Source: Candidatus Obscuribacteraceae bacterium
GTDB lineage: Bacteria; Cyanobacteriota; Vampirovibrionia; Obscuribacterales; Obscuribacteraceae
Assembly: GCA_044226015.1 (NCBI GenBank)
Contig: JBGAHS010000004.1
Coordinates: 32,001-96,000 of the forward strand
DNA: 64,000 bases
Direction: 5' to 3'
Part shown: piece after piece, positions 20,300 to 30,103 of the stretch
Layout: each line of letters opens with the position of its first letter
Numbering within the stretch: the stretch's first letter is position 1
Notes under the pieces: model-generated
What the model saw: the letters and a program-made list of their open reading frames with translations, nothing else
The model's database searches: none
Told to the model about the DNA's origin: nothing
Made by a program: the position numbers and the translations under genes

Positions 20300-20380
20300 A
20301 ATGTCCCTGGTGTCCGCTTTTTCGAGAGGGGATCTCTGATTGATTCTCAAATGAGTCCCAGAAACAAATCAGCTTTATTC

Positions 20381-20411
20381 AAAGAGTCCACTCAGCTGGA
20401 CTCTTTTCTTT
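20381..20411 (+). terminator. intrinsic terminator between the pseudopilin paralogs
   Basis: AAAGAGTCCA-ctcagc-TGGACTCTTT then TCTTT. Confidence 0.8.
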
Positions 20412-20505
20412 GGAATCGTTCTTTCAGAAAGAGCAGCTTATGTCACAGATGGCTAACGTTTCTCTGTTAACTTATTAACACTGAAGGGAATCTGAGGTGA
20501 GACGA

Positions 20506-21282
20506 ATGCGAAGCAAGGGAATCATGAGAAAGAGCCGAAAAAACAATGGCGCTACTTTAGCTGGAGTTGCTGCTGTTTTGTCGGTTGCTAGCGTTCTGTT
20601 TTTGCTTGTAGCTGCCGTCTGTTTGAATGGATATGCCTTTTACGACTACACTGGAAAAGCTCAAGTCATAGCAGAAGAGGTCGCCAAACTTGTTGGACGA
20701 CGTAGCTATTTTCTTGGCGCTGCACGTCCGCAATTTCAGGCGGCAAACGCTGGTGAAAGCCAGAAACTGGCTCAAAGCTATGCAGAGCATTTAGCGGATG
20801 TACTTCACATTCCACACTCTGCCGGTATCAACATCAAGGTACTATCGAACGAATTGCAAGATTCAAATCTTTCGATGACCAAGGTCCAGGTGGAGTTGAG
20901 CAATGTTAGTTTACCCGCCGATATCGCTGGCGTGCTTCCGAAGATGGCCGATATTAAAGCTGTTGGCGTTGCATCAGGTGCGTCGGAGGCACCCCCAGCG
21001 TTTGTTCGTTTTGGTTTCAAACTAATCGACCCTTCACAATCGAATCCATCCGTTACCGATGCTACGCAGGTTGTGATGTTGCCTGCCTACGGTTTTCAAA
21101 CTGATTCCGGACTGAATTTTGCTAACCTGGGTGGAACAGCAAATAACAATGATGTTGCAGGCAATCAACCAGACCCAAGTGCTTGCTTATGGGCTGGTAT
21201 AAATGCCTCTCCAGATGCCCTGCGATCAAACGCTCCCTATGTTACAGGACCTGATGGTAAGCGCATAACAGCGTTCAACTAA
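20506..21282 (+). CDS. TadE/TadG-type pseudopilin-like protein, paralog 2
   Basis: RKSRKNNG|ATLAG plus hydrophobic helix; C-terminal ~95 aa highly similar to paralog 1. Confidence 0.7.
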   Translation: MRSKGIMRKSRKNNGATLAGVAAVLSVASVLFLLVAAVCLNGYAFYDYTGKAQVIAEEVAKLVGRRSYFLGAARPQFQAANAGESQKLAQSYAEHLADVLHIPHSAGINIKVLSNELQDSNLSMTKVQVELSNVSLPADIAGVLPKMADIKAVGVASGASEAPPAFVRFGFKLIDPSQSNPSVTDATQVVMLPAYGFQTDSGLNFANLGGTANNNDVAGNQPDPSACLWAGINASPDALRSNAPYVTGPDGKRITAFN

Positions 21283-21311
21283 ACAGTTTTTTCTGGCTCA
21301 TCCTGCAGGTA

Positions 21312-21983
21312 TCAGATCTTGATCTGGTACCCGTATCCCCTTACGTTTAGTATCTGAATTTTGGAGCCGATTGAGCTAAGTTTCTCCCTAAGGCTTGTAA
21401 GAAATACTCGGATGGTACCGCTGCTGATATCAACAGAATCGGGCCAGGCAGTCGCTCTCAGTTCTTCATGAGCAATTATTCGCTTTTGGTTTGAAAAAAG
21501 CAATGCCAATACATCGCATTCTCTTTTGCTCAGTTGAATTGAGTTTCCGTTGCATGAGACCTTACTGGATCCGCTAGACAATTCGAGGTCGCCACAGGAA
21601 ATTGATCCTGGCTCATCGATAGGAGCCCTACGCAAAACTGCTCGAATGAAACCATTGAGTTCTAAATGGTCAATTGGTTTTGTAAGGTAACGATCGGCTC
21701 CGCTGTCAAATCCTTTAACTTTGTCAGGAGAAGAGCTTCTTGCAGTTAGCATTATTACAGGAGTTGCGCCGCCCGATTGTCGGTATTTTTGCAAGAGTTC
21801 AGGACCTGTCATGCCAGGCATTTCCCAGTCGAAGATCAAAACATCATAGTCGTATGTCTTGATAAAGTCCCAGGCTTCTTCAGCCGTACTGCAGCAGTCA
21901 ACGCCATGACGTTCTTGCTGCAAAATATCTCTCACAAGCTCTCTTGTGTCTTTGTCATCGTCAACGATCAAAACTTTGGCCAT
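21312..21983 (-). CDS. OmpR-family response regulator
   Basis: VLIVDDD, IFDWEMP, YLTKP; winged helix ending NVRGYGY. Confidence 0.95.
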   Translation of the reverse strand: MAKVLIVDDDKDTRELVRDILQQERHGVDCCSTAEEAWDFIKTYDYDVLIFDWEMPGMTGPELLQKYRQSGGATPVIMLTARSSSPDKVKGFDSGADRYLTKPIDHLELNGFIRAVLRRAPIDEPGSISCGDLELSSGSSKVSCNGNSIQLSKRECDVLALLFSNQKRIIAHEELRATAWPDSVDISSGTIRVFLTSLREKLSSIGSKIQILNVRGYGYQIKI

Positions 21984-21992
21984 ATCAATTAC

Positions 21993-23465
21993 TCAAAGGG
22001 CTTCTATCTCAGCTGCAGGTACTGTGAACCAGAATGTACTGCCTTGAGAATTACTATCGACTCCGATTTTACCACCGTGCAAATCAACGAGCATTTTTGC
22101 AATCGGTAAACCAAGACCTGTGCTGCCTTTCTTGGAGCGCTTATCGTCTGGAACCTGCTCGTATGGAAGAAATATGACTTCTCTGAAATTCTCTGGAACG
22201 CCAGGTCCATGGTCCTGAATTCTTACTTTCAGAAAGGATTCTTCTCTCTCGTAGTCTATTTCTATAGCTGTATCTTTGCCAGTGAACTTAATTGCATTGC
22301 CGAGCAAATTGATGATTACTTGTGCTAGTCTTTCGGGATCAGCAACAATCATTTCATTGCAGCTCTCTGCCTTTAACTGCACACTCTTTGCTTTTGCGAT
22401 CGGCTCAAGTTCGTTGATACAGTCTTCAACCACATCATCGATTCTCACAGATGACAGAGTAAGTTTCAACTTTCCGGATTTCAGTTTTTCCAGATCAAGG
22501 ATGTCGTTCACGAGACCTGTTAGTCGTTTTACGACCCGGACTGAGCTCTCCAGTCTATATTCCTGATCATCATTCAGCTCCCCGTAAACACCCGAGCAGA
22601 GCGCGCCCAGTGCTAAATTTAGAGCTGCTAGTGGATTACGAAGGTCGTGGGTCACCATCGCCACAAGCTGTTCTTTTCGTGCTTCAATTTCTCGTAGCTC
22701 ATTTGTCATTTTATGAAAGAATCTGTCGAGTGCTGCCAACTCGTCTTTTCCTTCAAGCGGAGGATTGAGCTTTTCTCCAGACGGTAGTTTGTTTGTATTA
22801 TCGATAATTACGTTGAAACGTTTTGCGAAATCCCTGGCGAACAAAAGCAAGAGTCCTGCGCTCATCAACATGTTGATCAAAAAACCGCCGATAACTGCTG
22901 ACAGGAACAATGTTCTTCCTTGTTTGATGCTCTTGCTTTCGTCGTAACTGGTTCGAGTTCGTTGAGAAAGAATCGATTCAATATCGCTAAGCAGCTCTCC
23001 TACGTCACTCTGAATTTCAAGCGCCTTAAGCTGTTTGCTTCCAATTGAAGAGGCGTCGAGATCCATACTCTGTCTGACTTCTATAAGTTCTCCCAGAACC
23101 TTTTTCAAACTTCGTGAAGTCTTTTTTGCGCTTGCTCCTTCCACATTGTTTTGTGTGGCAAGCAAGTTCATTACCTCAGTTTTTCTCTCAAGCTTTTCGT
23201 AAACACTATCGAATCCCTTTAGAAATGTCTTGTCTCGTGAATAAGCGAAAGCTGAAATCATTCCGATTGCTCGATAACAAAGCGTGGAAGTCGTCATCAG
23301 ATCTGTAGTCTGATTGCGATATTGGAGGTCTCTAAAGTTGATCTGTTCCACTGTTCTAAAGGCGCCCAGAAGTACCAGTACAAATATGAACTGCGCCAAG
23401 ATTGGCGTAGCAAGAAGCAAAATTACCCGTTGAATAAAGGTCATGTCTGCGGCTGATAAATGCAA
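21993..23465 (-). CDS. membrane sensor histidine kinase (2 TM, HAMP, HisKA, HATPase)
   Basis: HDLRNPL, NLLGNAIKF, DHGPG, GLGL; start may be ATG 23444. Confidence 0.95.
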   Translation of the reverse strand: MHLSAADMTFIQRVILLLATPILAQFIFVLVLLGAFRTVEQINFRDLQYRNQTTDLMTTSTLCYRAIGMISAFAYSRDKTFLKGFDSVYEKLERKTEVMNLLATQNNVEGASAKKTSRSLKKVLGELIEVRQSMDLDASSIGSKQLKALEIQSDVGELLSDIESILSQRTRTSYDESKSIKQGRTLFLSAVIGGFLINMLMSAGLLLLFARDFAKRFNVIIDNTNKLPSGEKLNPPLEGKDELAALDRFFHKMTNELREIEARKEQLVAMVTHDLRNPLAALNLALGALCSGVYGELNDDQEYRLESSVRVVKRLTGLVNDILDLEKLKSGKLKLTLSSVRIDDVVEDCINELEPIAKAKSVQLKAESCNEMIVADPERLAQVIINLLGNAIKFTGKDTAIEIDYEREESFLKVRIQDHGPGVPENFREVIFLPYEQVPDDKRSKKGSTGLGLPIAKMLVDLHGGKIGVDSNSQGSTFWFTVPAAEIEAL

Positions 23466-23561
23466 AATTCACACGTTCTTAGTTAACTTTGCCCTGTTTT
23501 TGACACTCTAAATCGAGAATTAGTAAGCGTTTGTGGAAAGGAACTAAGAGGAGGAGCGAAC

Positions 23562-25673
23562 ATCAAGTCTATTAACGATGCCAGCCTCGAACAAAGAAAC
23601 ACTCTGCTTTGCCTCTTCGCTTTGCAGGTAGTTCTTAGTATTGGTCTGATTGCGTTGGCGAACTCGGCCTGGTTTTCGAAATACTATAACCTCAGAATGC
23701 GCGAAAATTGTATGGCGGGCTATCTAAATTCAAATGAGCGGGATCCGTCCCTGCTTTTAGATGCACTCAGGTACAGCTCTGCATCCGGCGAGTCGAACAG
23801 TGCAAACTTGACCGTATTGGAAGAACTGGCTATTTCGAGTGCAAGTAAAAATCTGCGTATGTCTGATTCCGCGCTTGCAAAGATTCGGATTCTTTCAAAT
23901 TCCAAAAGTGATTCTGCTGAAATCGCTCAGAAAAAGGAAGCTCGAATAAGACTGCATCGAGCTCTGGCATTCTTACAGCGGGAGGAAATTGACAGTGCCC
24001 AGAAGGAACTCAATTCTGTATTGTCGATTTTGCAGGGGCTGCCTGAGAAAAGCAAGAAGATTTTTCTAATTGCGCAGTACTTTTCCTGCGCAAGTACCTG
24101 TGCTCGGGCACGTGGAGATAGAGGTGCAGCTGCAGCATTTAGTTCCGCTCGAGATGGGCTCAAAGATCCAGTTCTGGCAAAACAGATTTATCTCAAATAT
24201 AAATTGCCTGGTTTTGAATCTGACTTCTCTGCCGATTATCGCGCACTATTTTATTTGGCGAAGTACCGGAGAAGCTCCAAGCAGAGTGAAAGGCAAATCG
24301 CTCTAACTCAAATGCGTCCTTATCTGACTGATGATGGGCTCAGCAAGTCTAGCAAAGCTGCTCTTTTGTTAGAGTTGGCATATCATGCAGCGAATACGCA
24401 AGATCTTGCTCTGGAAAACTTGCTATTGGCAGAATGGTTAAAGCTAAAGAGTCCATCGGCTCAGGCAAGTTTAGAAGAAATTGTAAGTCTCTCGCCCTTG
24501 CTTGATATAGCTGCAAGCACAGGCAATAGTGCTGCAGGTATTGATCTCTTAGAGCACTACGTTGAAGCTGTTGAATTGAAGAAGATAAGACCTGAAGCGT
24601 GGTCGGTATGGTTTGAAAATTTGGACGTATTTTGTTTGCAGGTTAAATTATTTCCGATTCCAGAAGCTTATCGAGAGCGAATTGATCGGATTTGCCAGAG
24701 GGTTCAAGCAATCGCTTTTTCCGATGGAAAGTCTTGTGCGTCAATCGAACTCATCAGGCTAGGACTTTTGGAAGATAAGGAAAAATTTGCTGATGCCGAA
24801 AAAGAATTCCTGCAGAAGGTGCTTGTGGATCGGCAATTTGAACGGTTGATGCCTGCTCCCGCACGATTTCTGATTTTCACTTCGTTGATTGATAGACTTT
24901 CAGTTGGTTTGCAAAGGAACTTCGGACCTGAAAGCCGGCGCCGATTTATTTCAGCTGTGCTCGCAAGCAATAAGCTGTCTAAGGAGGTTAAAGCAAACAC
25001 TGCAGTTTTAGCTGCAAAAATGGAGCACGATTATGATGCCAAATCTACGAGCAGAACTAATGAAATACTGCTTAAATATGCTAATGATCCAAGCTTGAAG
25101 CAACAACATTATGAGCTTGAGGACACGCTGTTGCGCTTTTATTGTTGGGCTGGAGATCTATCACACGGTGCCGAATTTTATTCTCGCATGAAATCTGAGT
25201 TGAAAGCAGAACCTGCGTTGCTGGTTTCACACTGTCATTCTGCGCTTAGCTGGTTGCGAGCGTTTCCATCGTACAAACCAGATTGGCACCAGGTTTGTGT
25301 CGAAAAGAAATTTCCCGATGCGATTTTTCGGGATGGATTTCAGCTTATAAAATATTTGAAAAACGATAAACAGCGTGTTGAATACACCTTATGGTTTGCC
25401 CAATATGAACTTTGTAGAGGAGACAAAGATGGCTGCATCAAGCTCTGCGATAGTATTCTGATGAACAGTGAGAACACTAAGTACAGCGTGTATTTCCCCG
25501 CAAAAATTCTGCGAGAACAGTTAGCTGGCAACAACAATCTGCCGCAAGGAAAGATCTCGTGTGTTAAAGGTACGAGGGATGAGCTGGCATGTCTCTGGTC
25601 TTTGCTATTCACTGCTGGATATAAATTGGAATCTGATCGAGTGAAGAATCTGACTGAGCGAATCGCAGAGTAG
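23562..25673 (+). CDS. large all-helical membrane-anchored hypothetical protein
   Basis: Long ORF (track start TTG 23622); strong SD points to in-frame ATC 23562; N-terminal TM. Confidence 0.7.
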   Translation: MKSINDASLEQRNTLLCLFALQVVLSIGLIALANSAWFSKYYNLRMRENCMAGYLNSNERDPSLLLDALRYSSASGESNSANLTVLEELAISSASKNLRMSDSALAKIRILSNSKSDSAEIAQKKEARIRLHRALAFLQREEIDSAQKELNSVLSILQGLPEKSKKIFLIAQYFSCASTCARARGDRGAAAAFSSARDGLKDPVLAKQIYLKYKLPGFESDFSADYRALFYLAKYRRSSKQSERQIALTQMRPYLTDDGLSKSSKAALLLELAYHAANTQDLALENLLLAEWLKLKSPSAQASLEEIVSLSPLLDIAASTGNSAAGIDLLEHYVEAVELKKIRPEAWSVWFENLDVFCLQVKLFPIPEAYRERIDRICQRVQAIAFSDGKSCASIELIRLGLLEDKEKFADAEKEFLQKVLVDRQFERLMPAPARFLIFTSLIDRLSVGLQRNFGPESRRRFISAVLASNKLSKEVKANTAVLAAKMEHDYDAKSTSRTNEILLKYANDPSLKQQHYELEDTLLRFYCWAGDLSHGAEFYSRMKSELKAEPALLVSHCHSALSWLRAFPSYKPDWHQVCVEKKFPDAIFRDGFQLIKYLKNDKQRVEYTLWFAQYELCRGDKDGCIKLCDSILMNSENTKYSVYFPAKILREQLAGNNNLPQGKISCVKGTRDELACLWSLLFTAGYKLESDRVKNLTERIAE

Positions 25674-25674
25674 C

Positions 25675-26703
25675 CTATTTCTTCTCAAACTTCGCCTTTG
25701 AACCTAGATATTTCTCGGCTTCGCCAGAATCTAACCATCGCCAGGAAGCCTCGTCGTTCTTGAGGGCTGCATCAAGGAAATGTAGCGTAATTACCTGTAT
25801 CATTTCTTGGTAATTGGCATCTGTTTCTTTTCCTGGACGGAAACTTCGTCCTCCAAATGTCGCATGGTCAGCTCCTATGAAATTTGCAAGATATTGATGT
25901 GGTGCAGATATGTTGTCGAACGGAATTCGCCGCTCACTGGCAGAGGTATTGCCGATTGGTGAGTTATCCTCAGTTCCAGTCAATAATAGACCTGGAATCT
26001 TGATTGTGCCGTAAACCTTTTGGGCGCCGTTGCCTTTTCCGGCTCCGGTGACGGGAGGGCACAAATACACTGCAGCGCTCACTCTCTTATCCGCTAGTGT
26101 GGCATCAGACCATCCTCCTCCCTGTCCGGCGATTGCCAGCGCAGTTCCAGCACCAAAGGAGTGTCCGCCAATAGCAATCTTCGCCAGATTTAACTGTCCC
26201 TTGAAGGGAGGTGTATTGCTATTTTTCTGAAGTTCATTTAGCACAAAAGTTATGTCCCCAGCTCGATCAATCCAGTTCTTTCCATTGGCTGCTGCCTGCA
26301 TTTTCGAAAAAAACGAGGCGCGATCAACCGTGTTGCCTGACTTCCAAACACCACTGTCGCTTCCCGGGTGCTGCACGAAGACGCAGAAGTAACCCTTGCT
26401 GGAAAGATAAGTTCCTAGATATTCGGCGGCTTCCCTCGAGCCACCGAGTCCATGAGAGAAAATAAAAATTGGAAATGGACCTGTGCCCTGCGGCAAATAC
26501 AGTTTTATTGGTATTGTTCTGTGCCGCTGTTCATCTGTCCATTCGAGATATTGTTGATTAGCCGTGTTGCTAGGCGCTTTGTTGAACCGTGCCTGAATTC
26601 TCTCACGCATTGTGGGCTCTTTCTCTGGAGTCGCTCCGATCGCACTCAAGGGTGTCAGCAGAATTAAAGACATCAAAAGTCCGGCAAGAAAAGGTTTGCG
26701 CAT
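25675..26703 (-). CDS. secreted alpha/beta hydrolase (PAF-acetylhydrolase/dienelactone hydrolase-like)
   Basis: Signal peptide, SHGLGGS, QHPGSD, GHSFG, TGTED, ADH. Confidence 0.9.
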   Translation of the reverse strand: MRKPFLAGLLMSLILLTPLSAIGATPEKEPTMRERIQARFNKAPSNTANQQYLEWTDEQRHRTIPIKLYLPQGTGPFPIFIFSHGLGGSREAAEYLGTYLSSKGYFCVFVQHPGSDSGVWKSGNTVDRASFFSKMQAAANGKNWIDRAGDITFVLNELQKNSNTPPFKGQLNLAKIAIGGHSFGAGTALAIAGQGGGWSDATLADKRVSAAVYLCPPVTGAGKGNGAQKVYGTIKIPGLLLTGTEDNSPIGNTSASERRIPFDNISAPHQYLANFIGADHATFGGRSFRPGKETDANYQEMIQVITLHFLDAALKNDEASWRWLDSGEAEKYLGSKAKFEKK

Positions 26704-26779
26704 TGTGTTTTTCCAAAAACCGACTTATTAGATTACACCGAGACTTGGAAAAAGTTGCGCCAAAGAATAATTAACTCGT

Positions 26780-28033
26780 TTATGACCCGTGCAGTCTCCG
26801 GTAAGCTGCCGTTCCTTTGACATTGGCCGCCGGAATGTAATTGTCTTTAGACCACCCTGCAACGAATCCATCTTTGGGTCCCATCATGGAAAGGAGAACT
26901 TTTGGAGTTACGGGCTTGAAGTGGCTGCTATTTGCTTTATCAGGGTCACCAATTATGTATTTACCGTCTGAAGTTTTTCCAGCAATGAAGATGTAATGCC
27001 CATTTCCAGTGTGCGGATTTTTTACGTGCCCGATAGCGGAGTGTCCCATAGCGAGTTCTTTGTCCAGATCTTTGAGTGTCTGTTCATCGACTTTCTTGTA
27101 GGAATATGCTTTTGCATTTAGCCCCAGTGTCTCAACTTTGTCCGCCATTGATTGCAGATCGCCTCTGTAGCCACGCCCTATCGTACCAGCCAGTTGTTTG
27201 AAGGACTGAGCTTGTTTTCCATAGTCTACCGGACGACCAGAAAACTGGTCGCTATATAGCATTGCAATTGAAAACGCTGAGCAAGATACTCCATCATCTT
27301 GCGCTTTGTAGAATACTTTTAGATCCTCAATTGACCTGGTTACGTTTAACTTCTTGTCTTGCGGAATGTTGAACCCCGGAAGCTTATCTTGTTGTTTGCT
27401 ATCTGTGCGAATATCGAGGAATGGAATTGTCTGATTTTGCTCTGTTTTTTTATCGTCGTTTCTTATTTCTAAGTATGGAAGTAGTGGTGAGGGGTGCTTT
27501 TGTTTTGCATCTGATGACTTTGCATCAGCCTGTTTTATATCTGCGGGCTTCGGGTCTGCTGGCTTTGTTTCAGAGGATTTTGAATCGGCCTGTCGGGCGT
27601 CTGATGAACCGCTATCGAGCTTTTTCTTTTCTGCATTTCTTGTATCAGCTGCGATTTTCGCGTCAGGTGTCTCTGCCGATTTGTTTTCATTCTTCTTGAT
27701 TCCCTCTCTAATCCACGACGGAACCTCTGCCGTAAGATTCTCGCTTTCATGCTTAGCCGAGGTGAAAGGACTTTTAGAGCTGGCAGGGTCTGCGTCGATA
27801 GACCATGGATTCTTTCGTCCAAATGGACTGTTGCGTGCCGACCCCATGTCTATCTGTAACTGAGGCAGATACGGCTGCTGACTTTGTGATTCTCTTGTAG
27901 TTTGGGAAAAATCAAGGCTGGGCGCATTGATAGAATCTCGCAAAAATCGAGATGCATCAAATTTGATTTCTTGATTCGATGGTGCTTGCGAATCAGTATC
28001 GCGATGGCTGGCACCCTGAGCCAGTTCTGACAT
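26780..28033 (-). CDS. polar leader + C39-like cysteine peptidase
   Basis: QDDGVSC (Q..C), GHYIFI (H), IIGDP (D); start MSELAQ at 28033. Confidence 0.82.
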   Translation of the reverse strand: MSELAQGASHRDTDSQAPSNQEIKFDASRFLRDSINAPSLDFSQTTRESQSQQPYLPQLQIDMGSARNSPFGRKNPWSIDADPASSKSPFTSAKHESENLTAEVPSWIREGIKKNENKSAETPDAKIAADTRNAEKKKLDSGSSDARQADSKSSETKPADPKPADIKQADAKSSDAKQKHPSPLLPYLEIRNDDKKTEQNQTIPFLDIRTDSKQQDKLPGFNIPQDKKLNVTRSIEDLKVFYKAQDDGVSCSAFSIAMLYSDQFSGRPVDYGKQAQSFKQLAGTIGRGYRGDLQSMADKVETLGLNAKAYSYKKVDEQTLKDLDKELAMGHSAIGHVKNPHTGNGHYIFIAGKTSDGKYIIGDPDKANSSHFKPVTPKVLLSMMGPKDGFVAGWSKDNYIPAANVKGTAAYRRLHGS

Positions 28034-28317
28034 CAGGTAAGACCTCACTGAGGAGATTGATATTGCAGCCTGAGTTTTACACAGAGGCTTTTGCTTTCTA
28101 ATTAGTAAATTTGCCGCGCCAAGTTGCAGAATAATTTTTCTTTGGTGCAAGAAACGTGCAAAATCGCTAGAAAGTGCTCTAAATTAGCTTGTTCTAGCCC
28201 ATTTCGGTTGTCGTCGATAGTCAAGTGCCCTCTGCTTAACGTTAATCATGAATGAAACTGCTGATTAGGCGACCTCTTAAGTGTTAGGATCTGCCCTACC
28301 GGAGAGGAGAATCAACA

Positions 28318-28656
28318 ATGCAATCAAGAATTGAATTCTTGTACCACACTTTACGCGCCCTGGAATCCGTCGAAATCCAAGTAGGGCAACTCAAAGAGGG
28401 CATTCAAGACTTGCATGACGATTGTGAGCGCCTTCAAGAGTATGGCGTGGAATCGAATGAAGTTGTTGATCAGAGAATAATTGACGCCCTGAGTATTCTT
28501 GATGAGTTGGTCGATTCTTTTGACAATATTCTTGCGAAGCCAGGTGATGATATCAAGACTCAAAGAGAAACAGATTATCGCTACTCTGTTCGAAAAGATG
28601 CAAAGACCGTTGAAATAGCTCTCAAAGAGCATGAACTTCAAGAGTCACATCGATAG
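28318..28656 (+). CDS. hypothetical acidic coiled-coil protein
   Basis: SD GAGGAG and ATG; heptad-like pattern. Confidence 0.75.
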   Translation: MQSRIEFLYHTLRALESVEIQVGQLKEGIQDLHDDCERLQEYGVESNEVVDQRIIDALSILDELVDSFDNILAKPGDDIKTQRETDYRYSVRKDAKTVEIALKEHELQESHR

Positions 28657-28714
28657 AATGACACCATGAGTGGTGGCACAATGCGCAGAATGTTGCGGCG
28701 TGAAGCTGAACTCG

Positions 28715-29176
28715 TCAACGCGAAAGCTTCGGATGCAATAGTATTCTGCTTTCGCAATGCAAGCGTAAGAGTCGGTAGGTTTCTCTGAAAGCCTTGATGT
28801 CACTGGTGTAAGGGTCGGCGATCTCAGAGTCCTCTGCAATCAAAGCCACTTTCTTCTTCGCGTTTTCGTCAGGAGCCGTTTTGAGGATGCAAGCAATGTT
28901 GTATGCGTCCATGCCAAAAATGTAATCAAACCGTTCGAAATCGCTCTTGAGCAACTTTCTTGCCCTGTGCTTGCTGATGTCTATACCATTTTCTCTGGCT
29001 ACAGCAATCGAGCGATAGTCCGCCGCATTTCCGATATTAAAGTCAGCCGTGCCAGCTGATTCAATAACTCCTAACAGGTTTCGCTCTGCATAAAGGTCTT
29101 TCATGATACCTTCGGCTAGAGGTGAGCGACAAATATTTCCGAGGCAGACAAAAAGAATATTCAAACAGCTCTCCAT
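28715..29176 (-). CDS. low-molecular-weight protein-tyrosine phosphatase
   Basis: CLGNICRS P-loop and DPY motif. Confidence 0.96.
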   Translation of the reverse strand: MESCLNILFVCLGNICRSPLAEGIMKDLYAERNLLGVIESAGTADFNIGNAADYRSIAVARENGIDISKHRARKLLKSDFERFDYIFGMDAYNIACILKTAPDENAKKKVALIAEDSEIADPYTSDIKAFRETYRLLRLHCESRILLHPKLSR

Positions 29177-29370
29177 AGACTTGAATTAGGAAACAAAGTG
29201 ATTCCTCTGTCGTCGAGGTTGTTCATTGTAATTAGGCTGAGCTCCTATCAAGACAGTGTTTAGCTTGTTTACATTTTGACTATTAGCCTGGCAATAGGCG
29301 GTCCAGATATAGTGAGCTTGTCAATTTCATGATACAGTAAAGCGAAAATTCTTAGGGAGATCTAGTTGAT

Positions 29371-30066
29371 ATGAAGTGTTCATCAGTGCTCTTAAGCCTG
29401 TTTTTGAGTCTCTCCTTTTCTGCAGTGGCTTTTGCTGCTGATGAACCGGCTGCGCCTGCAGCTCCAGCCGCCCCAACTACTCCAACTACTCCAACTAGCT
29501 CTGCCCCGGAAGCTCCAGCTAAGGCTGAAAAGTCCAAGGCTAAAGATGCTGAGAAGGAGAAGGAAAAAGAGTTAGCTAAAGAAAAAGCGGCTCAGAAGGC
29601 GGCAGAGAAAGCTGCGGAAAAAGCATCAAAGGAATCAAAAGCTGATTCCAAGCCGAAGGAAGCGGAAGCTCCGCCGACTGAAACATTAGTGGATCTCGCT
29701 ACAAAGCATGGGTACTCTGCTGCATGGGCTAACATGTTCAAGGGAGAGTGGAGCATCGCCGCGTGGATTCAAAATCTTGAAGCAAACAGTGCGCCGGTAA
29801 TAGAGACACAAGGGGTCGATGGGCACAGCTACATTCTTGGCTCAATGTGTAAGTCTAACGATTGCGCTAACGATAGGCTCATTGCCATTTTTAACGCTGA
29901 TCATAAGCGCGCATGGGGAGTTCAGATTACCATTCCAGCTGGTGTCGGCAAGGACGGTGAACGTCATCCGAAGAAGTACGCCAACTTAAAATATTATGGT
30001 AACCCTGATGTGAACATGAAGAAGGTTATCGCAGGTTTCCTGGAGAAGGATCCTACCTGGAAGTAA
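29371..30066 (+). CDS. ivy: Ivy-family lysozyme/lytic transglycosylase inhibitor with a long PAT/KAE-rich linker
   Basis: Signal peptide; YSAAW..M...W, CKSNDC loop, RAWG, YYGNPD. Confidence 0.8.
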   Translation: MKCSSVLLSLFLSLSFSAVAFAADEPAAPAAPAAPTTPTTPTSSAPEAPAKAEKSKAKDAEKEKEKELAKEKAAQKAAEKAAEKASKESKADSKPKEAEAPPTETLVDLATKHGYSAAWANMFKGEWSIAAWIQNLEANSAPVIETQGVDGHSYILGSMCKSNDCANDRLIAIFNADHKRAWGVQITIPAGVGKDGERHPKKYANLKYYGNPDVNMKKVIAGFLEKDPTWK

Positions 30067-30103
30067 GTTGATAAGGCTTGGTATCAATCTCGATACGCTT
30101 TGG

